DNA from: Bugula neritina
Lineage: Eukaryota; Animalia; Bryozoa
Assembly: GCA_964035545.1 (NCBI GenBank)
Contig: OZ037767.1
Coordinates: 13,749,801 to 13,813,800 of the forward strand
Reading direction: 5' to 3'
DNA length: 64,000 nt
The first letter of the stretch is position 1. Each line of letters begins with the position of its first letter. The translations under genes and the position numbers were made by a program. Of the stretch, positions 1 to 10,283 are shown piece after piece. Under the pieces are notes generated by a model. The model was given only the letters and a program-made list of their open reading frames with translations, had not been told where the DNA came from and ran no database searches.

Positions 1-1674
1 AACTATTGCAACTAACACACTGCTTCCATGCCCCCTGAAGCTCTACAAGATACCATTTCTTTACAGCTAAAAATTGACAACTGCTTTTAAAATGCTTTCT
101 GACCGGCCTAAAATGACAACAGAGCACGAAGAAATAGATTCCAAAGTCGATTGTCTTGCGAACTTGTCAGTAATTGAGAATTCCTAAGTTTTACATGCAC
201 AATCAGCACTCAAACAGGATACACAGTAATAGCTTCTAACAGCAGCTTATCCTGAAAAAATACGAAAGGGAAATGTCACCTGATATTATAGATCTTCATG
301 TCCAGCAGCATGTAGTTTGAAATGTCAGCAGCATTGCAAGAGACAGACAATCTAGTGGAGCCCTAATTCTGGTTAATTTGCCGACATCTTGATCAATTAA
401 ATGTTCTTGGATAGTTGCCAGAAAATCTTCCAAGTTGAAAACATTTTAATTAATTTGTTAAAAGTAATTCAAAATATCTACACAAATGTGAGAAAGTAAC
501 AACATTTAATGCCTTTGAAGGGTGCGATGTTGAAGTGAAGAATATATTTTGATATCTTAGAAAAGATGTTCTGTAACTAAATAATATTTTCTACCATATA
601 TCAGTTTTTCTAATATAGATTAGATGGCAAATTAAAATGTAGCAATGACATTCATACATGAGCATATATTAATTATGTTTGGGCATTGATGAGAAAAGGA
701 ACTTGTGGAGGGGCGACCATGTAGCAAGTGAAGGTCAGAAAGATGATTAGCCTGCAGAGTGTTTCTAAAACCTCTATGAGAAATGTATATTAATTATAGC
801 TTAAGATTCTGATCTTTGTTTGAGAGGTGAGGGCTACCTCACATTCTCATACCAATGTTGGTCAGTAAAACTAGGCCATGTTCCACGCACCATTTGATAT
901 TTAAGACTTGGTAAATCCACCATGCTGCAGCTGATATTACTTTCAATATTTTTTGTTATAAAGGATAAACAGTTTAGGTTCACAAAAGCGAATATCATAT
1001 ACATCTGACAGTGCATTGGTAAGTAGAGTAAGTATTCCCTGTCTAGAATATAATATACTTACCTTTGGGGCCACATTGTAAGCAGTTCTATACGACAGGT
1101 CTATAGGTCATTGAGAGCTCATTGCAATCAGGTCTACTACAGACTTAGAAGTTGTGGAGAGCTCATTGTACAACCTTGCGTATTGGATAACACCAAGCAC
1201 TCACTTGTATACATGAAGATGAAAATCCTACCTACTTGCATATATTATTTGATTGAATGATGACAGATAAACACATCTACCTGCCTTCAATCAATATGCT
1301 GTCGCTGCCAGCTAAGTGACAGCTAATCAAAGAGGCTGCCAGTTAAGCTAATGATTGAAGTCACTACATTGTCAACACTCTAATTATTATCATAATTATA
1401 AATATTATTGCTGGCAGAACAATCAAAGAGAATAGAAGAAAGATTTGAGTTAATATTTCAGCCAGTTCATTAAATTACTACGTAAGTGAAGATAATATTT
1501 TAATTACGGATAATGATGGCATAGAGCTAGTCTTAGATATTTTAATATATTAATGTTATTGGCAGCTCTCACATTAAGTAATATGGATAACCACAAGAAT
1601 TAAATTACCAACAGCTACAATCTGGATGGGACACTTGTTTGAATTTTAGTAGACTGTAGCTTGCTATTGCCTAT

Positions 1675-1762
1675 CACCACCGCCACCACCACCGCCACCA
1701 CCACCGCCGCCACCACCGCCACCACCACCGCCGCCACAACCACCACCGCCACCACCACCACG
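1675..1762. repeat. (CCA/CCG)n microsatellite
   Basis: Visible. Confidence 0.95.
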
Positions 1763-2043
1763 GCAATGTGTTAATATGATAGGCCAACTGTCTTGCCTTC
1801 TCATATTATTACTTGCCAAATACAAACTTATTTATTATAGGCACTCATTCATAAAGTCAGATCTTTCAATTGTTATATATAAATATTCCAAGCCTGCAGT
1901 AAAATGAATGTATATAGCAGACAACTCCAGCATTTATTCAGTTGTTGGATTCTTACACTATACCTCAGACAAGATAGAACTTTAGCTTCAGGTGAATGTA
2001 TGGTCTTCCATCACTCATGAGTATTTTGTGGCTACCTACTACG

Positions 2044-2060
2044 TATATGTACTATATGTG

Positions 2061-2105
<45 letters not shown>

Positions 2106-2472
2106 ATAGTAAATATGTGTATAGTATGTATGTGTATAGTATATGTGAATAGTATGTATGTATAGTATGTATGTGTATAGTATGTGTGTGTATAGTATGT
2201 GTGTATATAGTAAATATGTGTATAGTATGTGTATAGTACGTATATATAGTATGTATGTGTATAGTATGTGTGTGTATAGTATGTGTGTGTATAGTATGTA
2301 TGTGTATAGTATATATGTGTATAGTATGTATATGTATATAGTAATTGTGTATAGTATGTATATATAGTATGTATGTGTATAGTATGAGTGTATAGTACGT
2401 ATATGTATATTTTATGTGTATAGTATGTATGTGTATAGTATATATATATATATAGTATGTCTATAGTGTGTG
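2044..2472. repeat. (TA)n(TG)n plus ~18-bp GTATAGTATGTATGT-type satellite
   Basis: Visible. Confidence 0.95.
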
Positions 2473-3168
2473 CTTATATTCAAGGACTACTTTCCATGTA
2501 GCAGAATCAAAACTTAGAAGCTTATCTTTGTTCACCGACATGGCTTTAGTTTCCATTCTAGACTAGCTCCCAGCTGACTACAAGCTTTAGAATGTATTTT
2601 GCATACAAAAATAACCAATTTCTTTAAAGGTTGTGCTACTGGTAAACATCTACTGAAAGAACTATTGCCTCTCAACAAAGAAGTGACAGCAATGTGCAAT
2701 GACTGCCCCTGAATTGTGTCGAAGTTTCCTGCCTGGAGCTACAAGTGACATTAAAAACTTTTCTTCCACTAGCATCAACATTATACCTGCTAGCAACAGA
2801 GATAGGGACTATTTTATAATTCGAGCACATCTATATTTGCATTTTTATTCATGGAGTACATAAACCAGCAAATCACAATACATAAATAAACTATAATTTT
2901 ACCACCACATTTAGCTTCAGTAAGCATTCCTACAGTAGAAGTAGTACCAGGGTATATTTGACATCCTCAACAGTCATGGACAGCATAAATATTATTATTT
3001 GAATATTTTACATAAATTTAACTGAATTGATAATTTTCAGCATCTGATTTTAAAAAACCCCACATCTTAGGTAAGATATGCAAAAATTCAATAAATGAGC
3101 TTACAGAAACCTTGCCAACAGGAAAATTAAACTACCACTACTGTTACAACGCCACATCTGGTATAATA

Positions 3169-4140
3169 CTACGACTTAGAAGGTTCTGAATCGTCGGACA
3201 GCGCAGATGTTATCCCGACGTCTTTCAGCTGTTCAATGAGTTCTCCGGATTTATGCAGTTCCAGCATGATGTCACATCCTCCGACAAACTCCCCGCCTAT
3301 AAACACCTGAGGGATTGTGGGCCAGCTAGTGAACTCCTTTATACCTGTTAGCAGACAGACAGAATTACAAAGACCTATCCTTTGCTAACGTTTTTCTACA
3401 ACTGACAAATTACTCTTGTTAAATTGAGTATTATATAAATATTAGCACTATCTTTTCACTAGCAATCACGGAATTTTCTTTTAAGAAAGAAAATAATCTT
3501 CTAAATATGGTTTTAAAAGAGAGCATGCGATATTCATCTTTTAAAAAAGCAACAACCAAAATACACTGCTGTATACCCTGCATACAATAATTAAATTATT
3601 ACACTGCAATTGAATGTAGACCTTTACAACCAAATATTCAAAGTACATATTTACAAACTAAGCTAGCCAACTTTGCTCAACAAAAACACCAATCATGATA
3701 GTTATAAATTATAATAGCTTCCTTTAAGAATTCGAAAGTACATCACAATATAAATTTAATCACAAAAAAGTAACGAAAACCGTAATTAATAAAGTTGAGC
3801 AAACCTCTACATACAAAGCTACTTTTAACAGTGAAACATTCACTTGTAATTTTGGAAAATGGTAGCTGACTAGAGATTGACCTTCACCTTGTCTAATATC
3901 CTCATCCTCAAGGACATTGTGAGCCGATAGATTACTTCTGGCAACTTCATGAATATCCATGATCTGAACGACAGCCCTGCTGAATCCGCACATCGGCTGA
4001 TCAGGTGTTCCTTTCATAAACATCACTACCTTGTTGTCTTTCACCAACTGTCCTATTTTTTCTTGGACCTCATTAGCTGTTGTATATTGTCGACCAAACC
4101 GGCTGACCGGCACAAGGTAACGCGAACACAAGCGAAACAT
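3169..4140 (-). CDS. GLRX5: Monothiol glutaredoxin 5, mitochondrial; exons 4140-3888 and 3344-3169
   Basis: Arg-rich N-terminal presequence; FMKGTP..PMCGFS active site; exon 2 reads [36 protein letters not shown]; GT-AG intron 3887-3345 in phase 1; TAG stop at 3171-3169. Confidence 0.96.
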
Positions 4141-4716
4141 GGCGGTTTTGGTTTAAAAAAAAGTCTACAAAACAGCCAATAATTTTGAATTCAAAAAATA
4201 ACATTACAAGGGAAACAAAATAAAAATTAATACTAGCAAAAACTATTGCTTATATTTCACAGCAATATGAACGTAATACCTTAATTGTGTGAATATGAAG
4301 GTTAATGTCCATCAACAGTTTAAAGATTTGTTAGAAGTGTTGAATATTGGCTTCAGCTTTCTGAATATTATGTGAAAAGTTCTTAGATTTGAATGATCAA
4401 TGTATACCGCAACATATCAATGATTAGTTGCAAGTTTGAAATTGGCAAAGGCTTATGTTATAAAATTATACCCAACAGCTATAGGACAACCTACAAGGCT
4501 AAAACCTTCATCACATAAGTGTTATGTAGCCCTGAATTCTAACTTTAATAAAACTGCTTCACATAAGACATTACTCTACAAACCTATAATTTTTTCATAA
4601 TTTAGTATAAAGTTTAAAGGGCCTCAAGTCTGAGTTTTTATTAAACTGCTTTTTCATAGAAATAATTTGTCAAGAAACTCTATTCCTGCACCTAACTACC
4701 TAGTCCAAATCATGAC

Positions 4717-4929
4717 TGTTATAGTGGCACGCTGAGAGTTTAGCTAATGACAATAGCCTATCAGATACGTGAGCTATAGTGTTACTAAGAGTTGCCCTAC
4801 CAGCCATCGTATAGCTGAGATAGCTACAAGCTAAGGCAGATAAAACCCAGACAAACAGAGTGAACGGTCTCTTTCATCTAGCAGCTTTATCACTGGTAAG
4901 ACACACTATTACATTGTGGTAATCTAACA
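4717..4929 (+). repeat. 5' LTR of element A
   Basis: Direct repeat of 8147-8359 with TG...CA termini. Confidence 0.97.
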
Positions 4930-4948
4930 TGGCGCAGTCGGCAGGATT
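4930..4948 (+). promoter_or_regulatory. Primer-binding site, tRNA-Ser type
   Basis: TGGCGCAGTCGGCAGGATT directly after the LTR, complementary to a tRNA-Ser-like 3' end (...AATCCTGCCGACTGCGCCA). Confidence 0.85.
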
Positions 4949-5066
4949 TTAACGAACCTGCCAGTGAGAAACTCTTTCTGTCCTTACAACTATAGATGAT
5001 AGATAAGTACTTTCTTCAATTAATCATTATCAGTTGCAAGTGTTTTGAATATAATATAATAATATA

Positions 5067-5235
5067 AGTGTAGTGTAGTGTTGTGTAGTGTAGTGTAGTG
5101 TAGTGTAGTGTAGTGTAGTGTAGTGTAGTGTAGTGTAGTGTAGTGCAGTGTTACTGGTGGTGCAGTGTTACTGTTGGTGCAGTGTTACTGTTAGTGTAGT
5201 GTTATTGTTAGTGTAGTGTTATTGTTAGTGTAGTC
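5067..5235 (+). repeat. (AGTGT)n microsatellite grading into ~18-bp units, in the leader of element A
   Basis: Visible tandem gtagtgtagt..., then gtgcagtgttactgttag-type units. Confidence 0.9.
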
Positions 5236-5442
5236 TAATGAGTGATAATCGTAATTTGATATCGTGATTCACAGCTGGCAACTGTGATACTACAGTCATT
5301 TACAACAAGTGACCGAAACAGTGATACTCAGTGTTTAAGATATTTTGTGATTGGCATCTTGACATAACACACGAGTAAATCAAGGCTCCAAGCTAGTACA
5401 AGTAGTAACCTTTGTAGCACAGGGAATTGTAACAACAAAGTC

Positions 5443-6579
5443 ATGGATTTAAATTCATTTCCAAGACTTCAATTGAATTGTAATGATGTGACAGGATCAT
5501 GGAATGATTGGCTAGCTCAATTTGAGATAACAGTAGAGTTAACTACTTTGAATCTGGGAAAAGAGACAGTGGAGGGTGTAGAAGTAAATAAATTTAGAGG
5601 TAGGACTAAGTTGTTAGCATTGTTGAGCGCAATAGGCAATGATGGTAGAGCCACGTTACAATCTCTTGGCTTTGATTTGAGAAACAATGGGAATGAAGGC
5701 TATGAGCAAGCATTAGGTCTACTTAGGGGCCACTATGATAGGTCAGATAGCTTTTATGTTAAAACAATGAGGTTTGTGACAGTGTCACAGGCCATTGATG
5801 AGGATGAAAGAGAATACTTGCTGAGAGTAGAAAAACTTAGTAGAGAATTAGGTTTAGGTGCTGGGACCGAGGATGTTAGAAGGAGACTTAGTGTTGCCTT
5901 AGCAGTAAATGGCTTGCGCGATACTAATGCTAGGAGACAATTATTGCAAGAACCCGATTTATCCTGGGACGACTTAAATACCAAGCTTAAAGCAAAAAAG
6001 CTAGCTAGAGACTCGGACCTACTTTTAAATGAAGCTAGGACAATAGTGGACGTCAAACAAGAAGTCGGGGCTGTAAGTTCTCTTAAGCAGACTAGAAACA
6101 GTAGCAGTGACACCTGTGACAATTATTCTGTTAATAGGGTTTCTAGATCTAAAATAAAGTGGAGACCTTATTTGAGAAGTAGCCTTAGGAATAGTGACCA
6201 CTATAGAAGTAAAAGCTCGAGTGGATCTAGTAATAGCTCTGATGATCATAGTAAACGACATTACAATAGTAGGGATAAATTCTGTTCAAGCCAACGAAGG
6301 AGGAGGGATGAAAAACCTCTCGTAGATAGACTGAATTCGGGTTACTATCATTCTAGGTCTAAAAGGTTTAGCTCCCCTAGAAGAGAAGGAAATCTTTGCT
6401 ATCATTGTAAAAAACATGATCATAGAATTAGGGACTGCCCTGATGTAAGGTGCTTCGTATGTAACTGCCGAGGGCACACCACTAAAGATTGCCCCGAAAG
6501 AGAGACCAAACCTTATAGGTCAAGTAGTGGGAGTAGTGATAGGAATAAGGGTTATAGGAGAGTCAGATTTGCAAGCTGA
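5443..6579 (+). CDS. gag: Gag-like protein of element A (378 aa)
   Basis: N-terminal W..W...F capsid-like helix; SQAIDEDEREYLLRVEKL resembles the major homology region; GLRD...R..LL motif; Ser/Arg-rich linker; two CX2CX4HX4C knuckles (CYHCKKHDHRIRDC, CFVCNCRGHTTKDC). Confidence 0.9.
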   Translation: MDLNSFPRLQLNCNDVTGSWNDWLAQFEITVELTTLNLGKETVEGVEVNKFRGRTKLLALLSAIGNDGRATLQSLGFDLRNNGNEGYEQALGLLRGHYDRSDSFYVKTMRFVTVSQAIDEDEREYLLRVEKLSRELGLGAGTEDVRRRLSVALAVNGLRDTNARRQLLQEPDLSWDDLNTKLKAKKLARDSDLLLNEARTIVDVKQEVGAVSSLKQTRNSSSDTCDNYSVNRVSRSKIKWRPYLRSSLRNSDHYRSKSSSGSSNSSDDHSKRHYNSRDKFCSSQRRRRDEKPLVDRLNSGYYHSRSKRFSSPRREGNLCYHCKKHDHRIRDCPDVRCFVCNCRGHTTKDCPERETKPYRSSSGSSDRNKGYRRVRFAS

Positions 6580-6768
6580 CTATATGATGGCAATGACAGC
6601 AAGTTATTTCCTCCTGAACAAGGAGAAATTACGCATACTAGACGGGGGAGACTAAGCAAACCTCCTAATAGACTAAACATGCAGAGGTATAAATAATAAT
6701 GTGTTTTTATAGATATCGTTTTAGAAAACTTGAGAAAAACAATATATAGATAGAGAAAGAGACAAACA

Positions 6769-7809
6769 ATGAGCAATAGTGAGAAAGAGAAGGAAGGTAT
6801 AGGGGAACCCGACATGGACTCTTGGTCTAAAGCCGGACCCTCAGGGAGACATAAAGAAACGGTAAAAGTAGCTAACCCCCAGGATAAGCCCCAGAATACA
6901 GAAGATAAGGCTAAGCTTAAGAAGCCACATGAGGTATGTGGCAACAAGGGCAAAATTAGGTGTGCCATCTGTAGATGCTTCAGGGATCACTCTGCCCGAG
7001 ACTGTCCCAATAATAAGTGTTACAGGTGTGGGCAGAAAGGTCATTGGGTGGAGGACTGCAGAGAAGTCTATTGCAGTTGGTGTTGTGTCGCAGCCGAAAA
7101 CAAAACCTCAGACTGTAGTCACGCACCTTCTAGCTTCAAGCGGAAGGCTGTTAATGGTGTTGACTCTCAAGATCCAGCACCAAAATTAGCCAAGGTTTCA
7201 GGTAGTCAGAAATCAAACTATGCAAGTGTTGCCTCTGGTGGTGTAGCTACATCATCAAGCTATGTTCATGCATTAAGGCCTAAAAATGTTATTGTCAGTG
7301 AAGTTTCAGGGTTCCTGAATGACTTGACGGGGTGCGACTTCCTGGATGGGGAGGCTTATGCACTAAGGAAAGAGGAATTAAATAGAAAAAAGCAAGAACT
7401 TCAACGAAAGTTCAACAGGCAAATGGAAGAGATCAGTGAGCGAGAGAGTCTCTTGGAAAAGGAGTATCAGTGCTCAATGGCTATTAAAGTAGCGATCGAA
7501 AACTGGGCCAGCGTGGCCAACGTGCATTCCAGAGGGTTGGGTAGCACAATACTAAACCCTGCAACCACAGTTGCGGAAGGTCCCAGTGGTAACCAGGAGG
7601 AGTCAAAGGCCGTAGAGGAGTCGCCGACCCCAGGTCGCCCTCGGGACGACACTTGGGAGGAGTCAATGGCCGTAGAGCCCCAGACCCCCGGTGTACATGG
7701 TGGTTCAGACCTTGGTCTGAGACCGACCTACAGTCCTAGTCAGCCTCAGGCAACTGAGACTGGGGAGGTGAAGATGGAAACATCTTCTAATCCCGAAGCA
7801 CTGCATTGA
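6769..7809 (+). CDS. Accessory ORF2 of element A: zinc-knuckle and coiled-coil protein (346 aa), function unknown
   Basis: Intact ATG-initiated ORF inside the LTRs; CAICRCFRDHSARDC, CYRCGQKGHWVEDC and a degenerate third knuckle; heptad-like LRKEELNRKKQELQRKFNRQMEEISERESLLEKEY; acidic/Pro tail. Confidence 0.8.
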   Translation: MSNSEKEKEGIGEPDMDSWSKAGPSGRHKETVKVANPQDKPQNTEDKAKLKKPHEVCGNKGKIRCAICRCFRDHSARDCPNNKCYRCGQKGHWVEDCREVYCSWCCVAAENKTSDCSHAPSSFKRKAVNGVDSQDPAPKLAKVSGSQKSNYASVASGGVATSSSYVHALRPKNVIVSEVSGFLNDLTGCDFLDGEAYALRKEELNRKKQELQRKFNRQMEEISERESLLEKEYQCSMAIKVAIENWASVANVHSRGLGSTILNPATTVAEGPSGNQEESKAVEESPTPGRPRDDTWEESMAVEPQTPGVHGGSDLGLRPTYSPSQPQATETGEVKMETSSNPEALH

Positions 7810-8146
7810 GGTTCTGGTCAGTCTCAGGCAACTGAGACTGAGGGAGAAGAGGGTGGGAACATCCTCCGATCCCAACTCACTTACTTACACACTTACCGAC
7901 ACACTAAACAACCTACTCACCTAACTTACTCACCTACTTATTTACTCACACACTCAACGACACACTGACTCGCGAACTACTAAATTACAAATAGTTAAAG
8001 CTTGTGTTTACAGTTTCTGGCATATAGAGGTGAGTAAGTTTACCCACAGACATGTGGTACTCATCAGCTTATAGCTTATAGAAATAGTATGTAATTGAAA
8101 TGCTTAGTTTTAGCAGGTGGTCACCAGCCTTTATTGGAAGGGGGCA

Positions 8147-8359
8147 TGTTATAGTGGCACGCTGAGAGTTTAGCTAATGACAATAGCCTATCAGATACGT
8201 GAGCTATAGTGTTACTAAGAGTTGCCCTACCAGCCATCGTATAGCTGAGATAGCTACAAGCTAAGGCAGATAAAACCCAGACAAACAGAGTGAACGGTCT
8301 CTTTCATCTAGCAGCTTTATCACTGGTAAGACACACTATTACATTGTGGTAATCTAACA
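8147..8359 (+). repeat. 3' LTR of element A
   Basis: Direct repeat of 4717-4929, preceded by the purine tract GGAAGGGGGCA (8136-8146). Confidence 0.97.
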
Positions 8360-9902
8360 ATGACTTAAACAAAAAATTATCCAGTATTGATATTCATACT
8401 AACTTTAAGAAATATGCCCTATGAATAATCATAATGAATATTATATTCACATTGATAATTGATATTCTTTAAAGTTGGAAGACTGCTGGTGCTACAGCTA
8501 GGCCTAAGGTTACCACTATAATAACCATTATTTTTATGATTACGACTACCAAGGTAATCTACTTCTTGGTCCATGGGCTACCACTATGGCCTATCAGTAT
8601 GAGTATGACTGTGGGCTATCACTATGCCTATGCCTATGCAGTAACTGTAGAAATGAAAAAATTCTTACATTTGAAACCTTAGACAGTTAGTACAGTAAGT
8701 TAGTAATTTTATGGAAAAACTTGTTAACCATTACTCATTACTGAATACTCTGAGTGATTGCCATCCCCAGGCATGACTTATTTAGTTTCACTTTTAGTCA
8801 TTAGATTACTCATACTCAGTAATTGTAATTGTGATTGAGTTTGACATTACAATTATTCATTTTCATAGTCTTGATCATTATGATTATGATTATCATTATG
8901 TGATTATAATTAATACTATAGTATAATAATAGTTTAATCATAGTAATACTCTAATAGCAATAGTAATACTAATAGTCCTAATGAATATTCAAATGTAATA
9001 TTAATTATAATAATATAGTTTGAACTTCAATTAGTATTAATATTAGTATTACTATTAGTATTACACTATTAGTCACTGGTGATTGTAACAATAACACTAA
9101 CAGTAACACTAACTTTAACTAGTAATTAATGTATAATTGTTATAAATTACAATAAAATGAATAATATATTATTCAACTTAGTATTAAATTCAATATTTAT
9201 ATTATAATATCAATATGAATATAAATCAAAATTAAAAGTAAAAGTAAAAAAAATACAAAACTAAATTAACATTAAATTAATATTTATATTATTACTATAA
9301 AATATAAATATAATTATTATTATAACTCAAATTTATAATCCTAATCAGATTAGCCTAATGCCAATGGAAAAATGAACATCAACATTGAGCTTGGCTTTAT
9401 ATTTTATAATATTTTACCCCACGAAACTAAATTACAAAATATAAATCATATAATAATCCTTAGATCTTGAGCAATAAGTATAAAGATGAAACATTAAAAT
9501 TTAAATTAAAAATACATTTCATTCTACTTTTAGTTCTACTGTATTACACACCACGGGCCTTGGCGTTATAAAACGGTAATAAAAAGCTTTACTTGAACAG
9601 CTAGTATTATTTTCAGTATACATCAATGCGTGTCTCTTAAATAAAGGTTCACGTCAATATTACGACTCTAACCACGACACGTTTGATAGCTTCGTTAATG
9701 AAATTAGAGAGTTATACTCTAAATATAGCTCAATAACAATATGACTATGTTGTAAAAGTTATTATTGTAACTGTTTCTAAGTTGCTCCCTAGCTCTTTCT
9801 GGTGACATTTACATTTCTTTGCTACTCTTTTCTATATAACGTTCAGTTCACATACTATTATCATAATTATTATGCACTGATTTATGGCAACAACAATAAT
9901 AT

Positions 9903-10208
9903 TGTTATGTTTTTCAGATTTAGGGTTGATGTGTCACCAAGAGAGTCTATTTATCACTAGAGAAACTTCACCGAGTTAAGTCGAGTAGATATCGTTATAT
10001 TTTAATACAAGAATACATAATAAAATCTAATGTACAACAGTAATGATACGCACGTCTATTTAATTTACAGCACTATCCTCAACTGAGCTAGTAGCGCGAA
10101 GCTGCTACTATTACTCATAAAACAGCCTAGCTAATTGGCTAATACATTGTTCCGGGTCAATACGCAACCTTGCGTATTGTGTTGCTGGTAGCTCCACGAG
10201 CCACCACA
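9903..10208 (-). repeat. 3' LTR of element B
   Basis: Copy of 18653-18958, preceded on the minus strand by PPT GGAGGGGGCAG (10219-10209). Confidence 0.97.
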
Positions 10209-10283
10209 CTGCCCCCTCCAGCAGAAAGCCCACTTTCTGATAAAAATAAGATTCACATAAAAAAACGTATACTTCGTTGGGGG

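Larger units (their letters stand above)
4717..8359 (+). mobile_element. Element A: non-autonomous (pol-less) LTR retrotransposon with a Ty3/Gypsy-like gag, 3643 bp
   Basis: Two 213-bp LTRs (TGTT...AACA), identical by eye; 5-bp TSD ATGAC at 4712-4716 and 8360-8364; PBS after the 5' LTR; PPT before the 3' LTR; gag ORF with CCHC knuckles; no protease, RT, RNase H or integrase core motifs. Confidence 0.95.

Noticed and set aside
1171-1185. 15-nt match CAACCTTGCGTATTG to the element B LTR palindrome
   Set aside because: No flanking similarity; treated as chance.
1-1300. Possible exons on the minus strand (splice-like motifs at about 250, 280, 570 and 1060)
   Set aside because: No stop-free, phase-consistent model or recognisable protein motif could be built.
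9540-9902. Possible older repeat (continuing at 18959-19200) into which element B inserted
   Set aside because: No TIR, TSD or second copy in the window to support it.
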